64,000 nt of DNA from NCBI GenBank assembly GCA_002104945.1, contig MCFH01000008.1, positions 434,001-498,000 of the forward strand. The letters are read 5' to 3'. Position 1 is the stretch's first letter. Each line of letters begins with the position of its first letter. Source of the DNA: Piromyces finnis finn. Lineage: Eukaryota > Fungi > Neocallimastigomycota. Of this stretch, positions 21,943 to 34,973 are shown piece after piece. A program made the position numbers and the translations under genes. A model generated the notes under the pieces. It ran no database searches, had not been told where the DNA came from, and saw only the letters and a list, made by a program, of their open reading frames with translations.

Positions 21943-22739
21943 ATAATAATTACGAATAGAGAATATTTATATAAAATTTATCAAGTATTATTCATAGATA
22001 TAAGAAATAACAAGGAAATAAACAAATATATTCCTTCTTTTTATTTATTCATTTTAATTATATAATTCATCTGTATTATGAGCAATTCTTAATTCAGCCA
22101 ATAATATATATATATAACATTTATTATATATTCATTAAATGTATATATGTTAATTATATTATTTATTTTATAATCATATTTATTTTAATAGAAAATATTT
22201 ATAAAATTCATAATATTTTTCTATTTAAATCAAAAAAAAAGGAGAAGAATAGATATATTTCAAATTAATACATATATAGACACATTTTAATAAAAATATA
22301 ATATCTTAATAAAATTTAAAAAAAAAAAAAAAACATTAATCTTTATAAGTTTATTATAATTGAAAATAAATACCTTTAAAAATTTATGGATTACTATAAA
22401 ACTTTTAGTTGTAATATTTTTGGGTAATAGTTAAAATTTCATTAGCAAACTTTAATTAATAAAGTTTATATTACATATTAAAAATTTATTATTATGTATG
22501 TATTTAAGTATGTATTTGGAATTTATATATATATTTTATTTAAAAATTTTTTTTAGTTAAAAAAAAAAAGCAGGTTGAAAAATATTGTGTTAATACTTTG
22601 TTGATTAAATTTAAATTTATATATACATAAAAAACCAACTAACCAACCAACCCAAAAAAAAAAAAAAAATTGATATTATAATATTATAAGTGTTTATATT
22701 CTATTAAATATTGATTAAAAAAAAAAATAAAAAAAGAAA

Positions 22740-23288
22740 ATGGCTGCACCATCTTATGATCTAGAAAAAGTTGAAAAGGATAATGATGTTAAAGATATCA
22801 TTGATGAAATGAATGATGAAGAAAATAATGAAGTTGAAGATAACATTTTTTATTTCCTTAATGGTGATACTTTAAAAAACCCAAAATTCTGGAAAGATTT
22901 CATGACTTATTTTGCTATTCCATTTATACAAGGTGCTTTTTATGGTCTTGGTGAATATGTTGCTCATGCTGCTGTTGCTAAATATGGATTCTTAAAAAAG
23001 CCATACAATCAATTACCAGAAAAGAAAAACAAATTCCATATTAATCCAAAGCATAATCAAACTGAACCAGTTGCTGTTGCTATGGGTGTTGATAAAGGCA
23101 TTTATGAACAATTAGTATTCCAAACTGTAATGGAAAAGTCATCTAAAATGATGAACAAAAATAATCAAAACAAAGAAAATTCTCAAAATCCAAAAATCAT
23201 AAAGAAGGAAGAAACATTTGGTTTAAAAGATTTAATAAATAATGAAAACAAAAACAATTTAGTCATTAAAAGAAGCTTTTTATTTTAA
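22740..23288 (+). CDS. Mim1/Tom13-like outer-membrane insertase subunit (single exon, 182 aa)
   Basis: Acidic N-terminus, then one hydrophobic segment YFAIPFIQGAFYGLGEYVAHAAVAKYGF. This resembles the Mim1 signature PF(I/V)NG(M/L)MLGFGE(L/I)xAHE..xRxGW, recalled from fungal Mim1. The C-terminal tail is Lys/Asn-rich. Confidence 0.65.
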   Translation: MAAPSYDLEKVEKDNDVKDIIDEMNDEENNEVEDNIFYFLNGDTLKNPKFWKDFMTYFAIPFIQGAFYGLGEYVAHAAVAKYGFLKKPYNQLPEKKNKFHINPKHNQTEPVAVAMGVDKGIYEQLVFQTVMEKSSKMMNKNNQNKENSQNPKIIKKEETFGLKDLINNENKNNLVIKRSFLF

Positions 23289-24958
23289 AAAAAATAAACA
23301 ATTTAAATTTTGAATGTTAAAGATATATGCAAATAATTGAAAGTTTAATAATGATTTTATATTGTAATTCTAAATCATTCTAAATATTCAATTAAAATAA
23401 TTTCTTTAATAAGAAAAATCAATATTCAACTATGGTTATATAATGCAGTAATAATACTAAAAAAGACAAGACCTTATTTTTTTTTTTTTTAACAATTTAT
23501 AAAATGTGCGATAGCTTATAATAATCTTATTTCTTATAGCCTTCCAATACTCTTTAAATAAATTTAAAAAATTAATATTTTTTTCTGTTATAACATAAAT
23601 TATTTCAAAATATAAAGTAAATACTGTTCAATATCTTTAAATCATTTTAATTAATAATTAAAAAATTGAAATAATATAAATAAAAATAAATTATAATTGA
23701 ACATACATAAACAATTCGATAAAATAACTTTTACATGTTATAAATAAAAATTGATTAGTAAATAAATAAACAAATAAATAAATTTGTTTTTAAAATAACT
23801 CAATTTTTCTGGAAAATTTTTATTATTTATAAATTACCAAAATGTAATTTAAGGGTTTAATTTTAGATTATATCAATAATCCAGTAAAAGAATAATAGTA
23901 TAATATTTTTCTTTTCAATGAAGTATTTATTTTATATACATTTTAATAATTTAATAATTTTAATGTTGCTAAAAAGGTTTATATACAAAATCACAATAAG
24001 TGCTTATATAATTTATTATTATTATAGCCATTTATAAATATATAAATATAATTAATGATTTAATTATGCAACAAATAATGGTCTTATATTATAAAATAAT
24101 ATAAATAATAATATATATTTTAATAATTAAAAATTAAAAGTCAAAAATTAGTTATAATAGTATATAATAAATTACAAACATCTATTAAAACAAATGAATG
24201 AATGAATGGCAAATATAGCATATACAATTATTATTGTTATTATTATAGTTTAACTTATAGGAAATGTATACATTAATTATATTGTCACCAGTATTTATAT
24301 TATTTGGAGATTGAACTTAATAAAATTATATGTTTTACAAATAGTTTATTTTTATTATTGTTTTATAAAAACTGAAGAAAGTTTTGTTCTTTCAAATTAT
24401 GAATATGTTATTAAGAGCAGCAGATAATAATTAAATTACGATAAATATGAAAGTTATATAAATAATTTTAAATAATGGTAAACAAGAACTCATTATATGT
24501 GTTACCAAAGTAATAAGATAATAAAATATTAATATTTTTATTAATTGATTGATAGTATTTTATCATAACATTAATCATTTATTATATTTTTAGATAATTT
24601 AATTTAAATACTAAAAAAAAAAAATTTAGTAAATAAAACTATATTAATGAATATGGAAAAATATTTAATTAATCATAATATAAAAATTATATAAAAATTA
24701 ATAATATAATTAATACAGTTCAATTATTTTTATTTTTGTATATTTATATAATTCAATTTTTATAATTTAAAATAAATAATATAAAAAGGTAGATTAATAA
24801 TTAAAAATTATATATAAATTTTGATATTATTAATATAAATACTTTATTTACAAACATTTAATAATTCAAATAAGCAAAACACAAAAATCAGAATAGAGCA
24901 AAGATTCTACAAATTTATATATATATATTATTAAAAAATTTAGTTCATATATTATAAG

Positions 24959-26756
24959 ATGTTAGAGGATAAAATAATACAAAATGCAGATTTTTTTATA
25001 AAGGCGATTAATGATCATAATGAACGAATGAGTAAAATCAAAACTGTTAACAAATTACAAACTACAGAGTTAAAGGATATATCTATATATTTAAGAATTA
25101 GACCTTTAATGCCTCCAGAAATTGAACAAAATTCTTTTGAAATTTGTTTACCCAATAAAAATAATCCATATAAAGCATGTGTATATGAACCAGCCTTTCG
25201 TTTTGATAACAAGCCTGTAATTAAAACCCAAAATTTTGATTTTGATTATGTTTTTGGTCCGAATGATGATAACAAAACTGTTTATGACAATTCTATTCAA
25301 TCAATAGTTGAAGTTTCACTGGCAGGGGCATTAGGTGTTGTTTTATGCTATGGACAAACTGGTTCAGGAAAGGTAAACTAATTTAATGATATATATTATT
25401 TCATATTTTTATTTATCTGTTATATGAAATTTATATATATGTAAATATGAATACATAAACATACATATAAGACATATACAATTACTGGTATTGAAGAATA
25501 CTTAGCAGTGGATTTGTTTAATAAAATGGATAAAGTAATAAATGACATGAATTTAAGATCATTAGAGACATTTAATGATAGACCTTTTGAAATTACAGTT
25601 TCTTTTTTTGAAATACTTGGGAGTCAATGTTATGACTTATTAAACAATAAAGAAGAAATATTTATTATGGAGGATAAATTTAGAAACATGAATATTAAAG
25701 GAATAAAAGAATATGATTGTTTAACTTCCGATGATTTGTTAAAATATATAAATATTGGTTTTTCTCATAGAAAAACTCATGCCACTTTGAAAAATGATAC
25801 TTCATCAAGAAGTCATGCTATTTGCCAAATTAGAATACATAATACTGTCATAAATCAAGCAAATGATGGTATAATCTATTTAGTTGACTTAGCTGGTTCT
25901 GAGAGACATGCAGGTATATTTATATTTATATTTATATTTATATTATTATTATTTTTAGAAAATTTTTTATATAACAATATTATATATTTATTATTTAAAT
26001 TTATAAATATTATAAGATTCAAAGTTTCATAGTAAAGAAAGGTTAAAAGAAACCAAAGATATTAATAGTTCATTGTTAACATTAAAGGAATGTATTAGAG
26101 CAAGAACATTATCTACATTAGGTTTACAACAACATATTCATGTACCATTTAGAAATAGTAAATTAACGACATTACTTAAAGAAACTTTTGATATTGAATA
26201 TTGTATTAGACCTTGTACTACCATATTTATAGCAAATGTATCACCTAATTGTTTAGATTATTCACATACTATAAATACACTTCGTTATTCTTCTCCATTA
26301 AAAGTTTCTCAAAAAACTGGCTATGATCCATTAAAGAAAAAATCGTATAATCTAAAAGATCCATCAACATGGGAACATAAACATGTCATTCAGTGGATTG
26401 AAAAATCATCTAATGGTGCAATTAATCCTGAGTTTTTAGTTCCAAATAATGAAAATGGTATTCAATTAAGTAATATTCCTGAAATGGAATTTATACGTCG
26501 TTGTCTTCTTTCGAAAGGAATGACAGAAAAAAGAGCAAAACTTTTTTACTTAAAACTCTGGGGTTTAATTGTGGATTGTCGTACCAAACAAAGAAAAGCA
26601 AAATTGTCATCAAAACCAAAGCCAAAATATGATACTTCAATGGACGAAGAAATGATAAGACGTTATGAATTGGAAAAGAAGTTAGGTATATATGATGCTC
26701 CTAAGGAAGAAGCTAGAAAGAAATTAATGGAATTAGATGGAAAAGGTTTTAATTAA
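24959..26756 (+). CDS. Kinesin-13-like motor protein with a C-terminal helical (SAM-like) extension
   Basis: Three exons (24959-25373, ~25471-25913, ~26017-26756). Motifs: YLRIRP, FDFDYVF, YGQTGSGKT, NDTSSRSHA, LVDLAGSER, INSSLLTLKECIRA (kinesin-13-type), HVPFRNSKLT, DYSHTINTLRY. Confidence 0.9.
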
Positions 26757-27081
26757 CTTGATAATATTATAAATAGTAAAAACCTAATTCATAAAATATA
26801 AATACAATAAATTATAGTTTAAATAATAATAATAGTAATAAAATAAATATAATAAATAAAGAATTACATTAAATATAAAATTAATTTTAATTAAGACTTA
26901 TATTCATAATAGAATGTATTAAATTTTTTAATTTTTTTTATTCATATATTTTTGACAATAATAATATATAATGTAAAGTAAAATTAAACTTTAATTGATT
27001 ATTTATAAATTCTTGTAATATTTGTATAATTAAATTATTGATAGACTATTATAACAATTTTTTTTTTTTTTTTTAAGCCTT

Positions 27082-29688
27082 TTATTTAATTCTTTCATAG
27101 AATAATAAGTAAGGACTACTTTTCTTTACTTCATCCCAATCTGAGGGCTTGATAATACTATCACTAGCATAGAACCATTCACCTATATTTCTACTAATAA
27201 AAGCAAAGTAATGGCCAGATTGTACACCAAAGCCAGAATGAACGACAACACCATAAAGTCTGTAGAATGGATTAACAGATTCATCATACTTTATAGGAGA
27301 AAGATAAGGTGAAAGTTTTAAAAATGGTTGGAAATCAACAAATTTTTCTGATTTTCTTACACGACCGTACATACCAACTTGAATAAATCTTTTCAAATTT
27401 ATAACCAAAATTTTTGGTGGTTCATCAATGAAGTAACGTTTTTGAATTCTTCTATATACTACTTTTCTCTTTTCTTTCTCTTCTTTCTCTTCTTTCTCTT
27501 CTTTTTTTTCTTCTTTTTCGTTTTCATTATCAATGGCATCTTCTTCCTCACTATCTTCATTATTGTTGAAGGTTAAAATATTTTTACCGTCCCAAGCTGT
27601 ATAATATTTAATATGAGTGTAATCTTCATCACAATCTTGATAATACTTGACAGTAAATTTCTTTCCATTTTTTTTTCCATTAGTTTTAGTTTTTTCCTTT
27701 GTTGTTTCTTTATTTTCACCGTATCGTATTTTTGTACAATTATCGCATATACATGCTTCTTTTCCTTCTAAAACATCAATATCCATGAATTGTTTTAAAC
27801 AATCCCTAATACTTAAAACTGAACTATTTTCATTTTTTTCGACAATAATATCATCTAAAATACATTTAATGTCCTTTTTATTTTTTTCATCTTTTACTAA
27901 TGGATATTCTTCATTATCAAGTTTTTCCTCAATGTTGCTGTTATCTGGACCTATAGTGCTACCACGTTCATTATTTTTTTTCTATTATATAGTTATTATG
28001 TAAATAAAATGGTGAATAAAATATTTTTAATTATTATTCTTATTCTTATTATTATTATTTTTACTTTGGAATCTTCAATTGAAACAGATATATCAAATAA
28101 TGGTTCATAAGTATAATTAATCTAAATAAATTTATAATGAAAAAATTAGTAATTATATAAAAAGATTTTTATTTTATTATTATGTTAAATTATATTTAAA
28201 CTTACTAAATTACATGAATCGCATATAATACAATTTACTAATCTTCCTCCAAATATTTCGTCAATGAATGTCTTTTTCTTTTCTTCTCCTTTCTCTTTTA
28301 AGGCCTATTACAGTATAAAATTTAATAAAATTTAATTATTATTATTATTATGCATTTATCTTATATAGTTTTATTTAGATTACAATTATTTCCATTTTAC
28401 CTCTATTTGTTCATCTCTGATTCCGTCCAATAAACGTCTTAATAATTCATGACTATCTTGTTGTTGAAAACCTCTATATTGACTCCATTTTGCAATAATT
28501 TGATTAAAGAGATCATATGGTGCAAAGACTTCTTGTGAAATTTTTACACCTTCTTTTTGTTTTTCAGTGTTAGTTTTTAATTTTTCGTGCATTGTTTTTA
28601 AAAATTGAACAAAAGCATCTGTTAATGGTCCTTCTTCTATTTTAAGTTTATCATTTATAATATCTTCAAAAGGCTTAGTATAAGTCAAGCACTAAATATG
28701 TATATAATATTATATATGTTATATACAAGCTAATGAAATATCTGAATTAATTATTTTCATATACCTGCATGACAGAGTTGAAAAAACAAGTTTGTCTTAA
28801 ATTTCTTAAACCTGGATATATAATAGATTTTTTTGCATTTTCCATATATCTTTCTTTATGAATTTCCTTCATTTCCTCCATTCTCTTCTTTTTTTCGTAT
28901 GTTTCAACAAAATTTTTTACCTCATTTAAAATTAAATTTTTATTTTTCCCAACTGCAATTTCTTCCTTACACGAGAAACAACTTTTATTATTTTATCATA
29001 TATAATATAATGTTAAATAAATTATAATATTTGATTTTATATATATTATACTATTTTTTTTTAAAATATTTACTAGCAGGCTTTTGATTTTGGATTTATG
29101 AATACACAGTGACCCACAGATTTATAATGTTTTTCAGTATGATTTTCGTCATGATTTCCACAGAATAATTTAGCACAAAATAAACACATGAAATTATCTT
29201 TGAATTCAGTTTTATCCTTCATATCATTATGATAATTATTTTAATAATATAAAAGATTATCGTTTATTTTATATATAAATTTTTATTTCTTTAGAAATTT
29301 ATCATAATATTTTATTAATACTTATTCATTTTATATACCTTACAATCTTCACAAATACTTAAAGTTTTTGCTTTACTTAATGCAGTATTAATTGTTTTTA
29401 CTTTTACCATTTTTTTTAAGTGGTTACATTTTTTCAAATTTTGAGGTAATTTACTTTGTTCTTTATTTATATTTTTAATAAAATAAATTATTATTAAAAT
29501 ATAATTTTTAAATTGAGTTTATAACTATAGAATTTTACAAAGTAGTTTTATATGAAATTACCAATTTCTATTTCATTTTCACTTTCTATTTCTATTGAGG
29601 TTGTTGATTCTGATTTCTTGAGCTTTTCTTTTCCAGCTTTACGCTTCATTAATCTATCATTTTTTTTGCTCTTAGATTTTTTTGACAT
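27082..29688 (-). CDS. Ubiquitin C-terminal hydrolase (USP16/45-like) with N-terminal ZnF-UBP
   Basis: ATG at 29688 (MSKKSKSKK...), multi-exon. Zn-finger-like Cys/His cluster (CNHL...CEDC...CLFCAKLFCG...H...HY). Cys box PGLRNLRQTCFFNSVMQ, QQQDSHELL, CDSC and CDNC pairs, LVINLKRF, His box YRLYGVVVHSGFGVQSGHY, WFYASDS, YLLFYERI. Confidence 0.92.
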
Positions 29689-29775
29689 TTTTACTTTTAA
29701 TTTAATTATGAAGTATTCTTGCAATAAAAATTTTAGATTAATGTATCATAAATAATTTAATTATTGGTAACAAAG

Positions 29776-29782
29776 CCAATCA
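29776..29782 (+). promoter_or_regulatory. CCAATCA box upstream of the USP gene
   Basis: GCCAATCA about 90 bp upstream of the ATG at 29688 (- strand gene). Confidence 0.4.
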
Positions 29783-29889
29783 TATACTTATTTGATTTAA
29801 TATAAAAATTATTACTACCAGAACAAAAAAAATTATTAAAAATAAATTATAGACCATATAAAAAAATAAGGCAGAATGGTTTAGAGACA

Positions 29890-30066
<177 letters not shown>

Positions 30067-30250
30067 TGTATTATTTTCAGTATAGATATATTTTTTTATT
30101 AATTTAATTTTTCATAATAATGATATAATAGAAATATTTATATTATATAGAATAAATAAAGATATTTTGTAAAAAATTGATTTAATAAATATTTATATAT
30201 TTTGTTGAGTTTGTATTGATTTATAGTTTATATTATGATAATGTAGATTT

Positions 30251-31352
30251 TTAACGTCTTCTTGGACTCTTTGATCTATCTCTTCCTCTTCTTGATTGTC
30301 TTGATCCACTATAAAAAATAAATATTAAATAAATTAATAATATTGCTATTTTTCTTTTTCTTCTTTTTCTTTTTTTAAAAACTATATATAGATTTACCGT
30401 GATTTAATACTAGAATCATTTCCTTTAACGAAAGCAAAATCACAATGGATAGTTTGACCTAATAATTCAGTATTATCACATTCATCAATAGCTTCCTTAG
30501 CTTCTTGGTATGACTTAAATTCTAATAAAGCATAGCCCTATATTAATATTGATATTATCAATAATAGTTTAATTTATTTTTTAATATAATGAAAATATTA
30601 ATAGTAATATTCTTGGTATGTGAGTACTTTAATATATCCGGTACGTCTATCAACATTAAGAGTAATATTTTGAATATCACCAAAATCAGCAAATTTTTCT
30701 TCTACTACATCTTCAGAAGCTTCTTTATGAATACCAGTAACAATAATAACCCATCCTTCTACAGCTATATTATATATTATTAATAATAACGTAAAAAAAA
30801 AAAAAACAACTTAATTTATGATTTAAATTTACATTTTTGAGCATTTCCTGCTGTATCAGCTTCAACAGTATCGAATTTTTCTTTAGTAAATTCATCTCTA
30901 TCTTTATTAGTTTTTTTTTTAAAGAATAAATTAGAAAATTAAATAAATATATATATATATAAATCATTTTAGACATAATAAATTAAAAAAAATATTCTTT
31001 TTAATTAGTAATTAATGTTAATTTAATACCTTCATGATCATTGAAACCACGTCCTTTTCTTTTTGTAGCATGAGATTTAATTTTAGTAGTATCTTCAAAA
31101 AAATATATTATAAAAATTGATATAGAATTATGTAAATGTAATTAATTTACTGAAAATATAAATATTTTTGAATATATGATAAAATTAATTTCAATCATTG
31201 AAAATTTCTTTTCTTTTTTCTTTTTCTTTTTTTCTCCATTATATTAATTTCAAAATATTATCATTCATAAACTTAAACAATTAGTCTTAAAATAAAAAGG
31301 AAATAAGAAATAATTCATATATGATCCTTTTTCCTTTCTTTCTTTCTTTCTT

Positions 31353-31401
<49 letters not shown>

Positions 31402-31553
31402 TTAAAATAATGAAATTTCTTCTTTGATTTCTTTGTAATATTTATTAATAAGAATTATTTTCTATTTTTTTATATACCATCATCAAGCATCATTTCATCT
31501 TCAGCAAAATCATCTGCTCCTGGTTCAAGATCTAATTCATAAGTATCAGCCAT
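30251..31553 (-). CDS. RBM8A: RNA-binding protein 8A / Y14 (exon junction complex core)
   Basis: Six exons from ATG 31553 (MADTYELDLEPG...) to TAA 30253-30251. Hallmarks: KRKGRGF, SVEGWVIIVTGIHKEASED, RRTGYIKGYALLEF, C-terminal RS-like GRDRSKSPRRR. Confidence 0.95.
31355..31395. repeat. ~40-nt poly(T) tract in RBM8A intron 1
   Basis: Directly visible homopolymer, preceded by a few TTTC units. Confidence 0.9.
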
Positions 31554-32013
31554 TTTTCTTAAGTTTTTTAAAGTTATTTGATAATTATATTTAAAATTTA
31601 TATTAGATTTCAATGTTTTGGATAAAATAATTATATTAAAATGAAAATAATTTTTATTGAATAAATAATTTGTTAAAGGAATTGATTTAAAATTATTATT
31701 ATTTCTTTTCTATTTTTTTAATTTAATAAAAAAGAGTAATAAATTTCACCTTCTTAATTATGAGATATTATAATAATTATGATTTATTATACACCTTTTA
31801 TCTACTTTCAATAGTTTAATAGGATAGTGTATAAATATTAAATTGAAAAACAATTTTCAATTTAATATTTTTTTAAGTTAAATTAAACATAAAAATATGA
31901 TAAATACTAATAAAATTAAATGATTACACATGATTACTTCTATATTTATAATATTTATTATAGTAAATTGAAAATAAATTGAAAATATATTAGATAATTA
32001 AATAATTGTATTA

Positions 32014-32020
32014 TGATTGG
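32014..32020 (-). promoter_or_regulatory. CCAATCA box in the divergent RBM8A / uncharacterised-gene promoter
   Basis: TGATTGG about 460 bp upstream of the RBM8A ATG. Confidence 0.4.
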
Positions 32021-32921
32021 TCTATAATATATAAACAGTATTTTCTGTTCTTTGTATTGTTATTGTATTATTATTATTGTAAATTAAATCAATATTGTTT
32101 ATATAAACTATTAATAGTTTTTTAATCAATTTTAAATATTATTAAGACAGGTTATTTTTAATGTAATATTCAATTTTCAATTCTACCATATTTAATTATG
32201 GTATTTTTTTTAGTAATTAAAATTATCAGTTTGGTTAAATTAAAATAATAAAAATATTCAATAAAAATATTTTTAAAATTTTTATTATTTAAGCATTACA
32301 TTTTCTTATATATACTTCTTTATTGTAAATTAAATATTTTTCGTTTTAAATTAAAAAAAAAAAGAAGAGAAAGCAAGGAAAAAACATTAAAAGTTATTAA
32401 TAAAAAATAATATATATAATATTGTTATAAAACAGTAAAATACATTTGAAGAATTATTTTGATAGGTATGTTTAATACTTATATCCATTTAAATATATAT
32501 AATATATATATCTAAAGTAATAAAGTAGCATAAAAAGAAATAAAAATAAATTAATGGTGGTAAAAGATAATAATAATATTATTTTTTTTATTTCACTTTA
32601 TTAATTAATATTTATAATAATTTATATTATATATATTGTATATTTAAATATTATAAATATTTATTTAAATATATTAAATATACAATTTATTATATATTTA
32701 TCATATGTAATTAAAATAATTTTATTATGTAGATTTTGTTTTCATAAAGATTTTTATTCTCATAATTTATCAATATAATCAAATTTAATTATATACAAAT
32801 TTTGCATATAAATACATTTAACAAGTTATCAACAAATAACATTAATAAATTTTAAATAATATTTGTTATCCATAAATATTATAGAACTATTTATTTTATA
32901 TAGGTTTTATTAATATTGAAA

Positions 32922-34973
32922 ATGATTTTTTCTTGTAATTGCTTAAATATAAAATTTTATGTTCTTGAGCATAAATGTACAGTAGATGATACTGTAAGTA
33001 GTATTGTTGCTGGTGGTGAAAATTTATGCCCTTTACAACTTGATATTGGAGGCATTAGCATTGTAAATATCATTTTTTAAAATAAAGTTTTAAAGTAATA
33101 AAAGAAAATATTAATGTAATTTATATTCATTTATTGATAGGAACAACCCTCATTATTGAAAATTAAACAACATTCAGATTATCCAGATTATTATACAATT
33201 CATTGTTGTAATTGTTATTATATGAATAATTCAAATGTTCAAATATCTTCAACACCTTTACTTGATAATAATTCAGTTCCAATTTATTCTTTTCGTGGAA
33301 TCGAAGGAAAAAAATACACTGATAGAACTATTTTAAATAAAGAAATTATACCAAATAATGGTATTATTATTTTAAATAAGGACAATGTGATGGTAAGGCA
33401 GTTTTAAATCTAAATGAATTCAATTTAATAAAAATTAATTTTAATAAATAAAATTTATTAACATATACACATATACACTTAATTGTTAAAGAATGAGGAA
33501 TCAATGGTAACAGCAAAAATGAATATTAATTATTCAGAGGTTTATAAATTAATATTAAATCCTCAAATACAAAAATATCATATTAGCAACGGTATTTTTT
33601 TTTAATTAAATTTTTTAATTATTTATTTTAACGTATATATGTATATTATAACTCTATCAGTATATATTAAAATATTTAAAATTCAAATAATTTTCTGTAG
33701 GTTCTATAAACGACAATTATTCTTCAATATACTCAGAATTGCAAAACTCTCTTTCTGATTATATTAATAAACAATATAATGAAATGGAAAAAAATATAGA
33801 AAATTATCGTAAACGTTTATTATTACAGTTTAATAGTAAAAAAGAAAAGGCTGGAAAAGAAAGAGAAGCTTTATGGAATATTATTTGTGGAGTTAATGCG
33901 GACAATTCATTGAACAATTATAAAAAAATATCATTTGAACCTATAATTGAATCTGATTCACTACAAAGTTATCATCAACAAAGATCTGCATATCCAATTG
34001 GCTCATACACAAACCATAATATAAGAAGATTTAATGATAATAATCAATTCTTTACTTATCATTCATACAAAGTCAGTTCTATGGCTAATTATGCAAATAA
34101 TAGAGCTGAATTAAGACCTGATACTAAGAATATATTTGACATAGCTGCTATCAAAAAAGAATTAAGCAACACTAACATAGAAAAAACTTCATCAAACTCA
34201 TTAAATGAAAATAAATCAATGATAAGCGAAGAAATTGCTCTTGATCAAGAAAATGTTACAAAAGATGTAGAAAGTGAAAAAGGTACATCTGAGAGTAATG
34301 AAGCTGAAGTTGAAACCCAAGCTTTATCTTCTTCTCAATTATCAAAAGAATTAAATGATAATATTGAAAAAATAGAGGTGTCGAATGATAATTTATTGAA
34401 TGAAAATAAAGATAATGATGTCAATAAAAACGATGCAACTGATGATGGTATATTTTATATAATTTACATCCTAATTTATAATGAAAGTAAATTTTACAAT
34501 ACAATAATAAAAATATAATTTTTTTTAATATTTTTTTTGATTATTACTATAAAATATTTTTGTAGATATATTTTTATTAGATGGTTTTGATGAAGAGGAT
34601 AAAAAAGATAAATACATATCTGAAGAATTAGACGAAGAATATGATCAAGGTAAATCAATTAAATCAATTAAAATTAAGTAATAAATAATAAATTATTAAT
34701 AATCATTTTTATATTATAGTTGATGAATTAGTTAATGTATCATCGAGATATAATCAACAAAACAACTTCAGTATATATGCTACTTCAATGCCAATTAAAA
34801 TACCTGAAAGATTACAACCTCTTAACAATGAGGAATCATCATCACCAGATAAGGAAAATAATGAAAAAGAATTTACACCACCACATATTATTATCGCAAG
34901 AACTTATCAAAATGATGAAGCTTTAAAGATGCATCCAAATCATGCAAATAAATATTTCAGTGTAGCCTATTAA
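32922..34973 (+). CDS. Uncharacterised protein: N-terminal CxC...CxxC putative Zn domain, acidic low-complexity region, C-terminal SMPIKIP / FTPPH motifs
   Basis: ATG 32922 MIFSCNCLNIKFYV...LQLDIGGISI (exon to 33062, GTAAAT donor), joined to the ORF-track pieces 33156-33407, 33739-34518 and 34788-34973 through GT-AG introns. Stop TAA at 34971-34973. Some middle exon junctions are approximate. Confidence 0.75.

Noticed and set aside
27379-28003. Phe/Ser-rich plus-strand ORFs (27379-27576, 27647-28003)
   Set aside because: They are antisense shadows of the Lys/Glu-rich USP exon.
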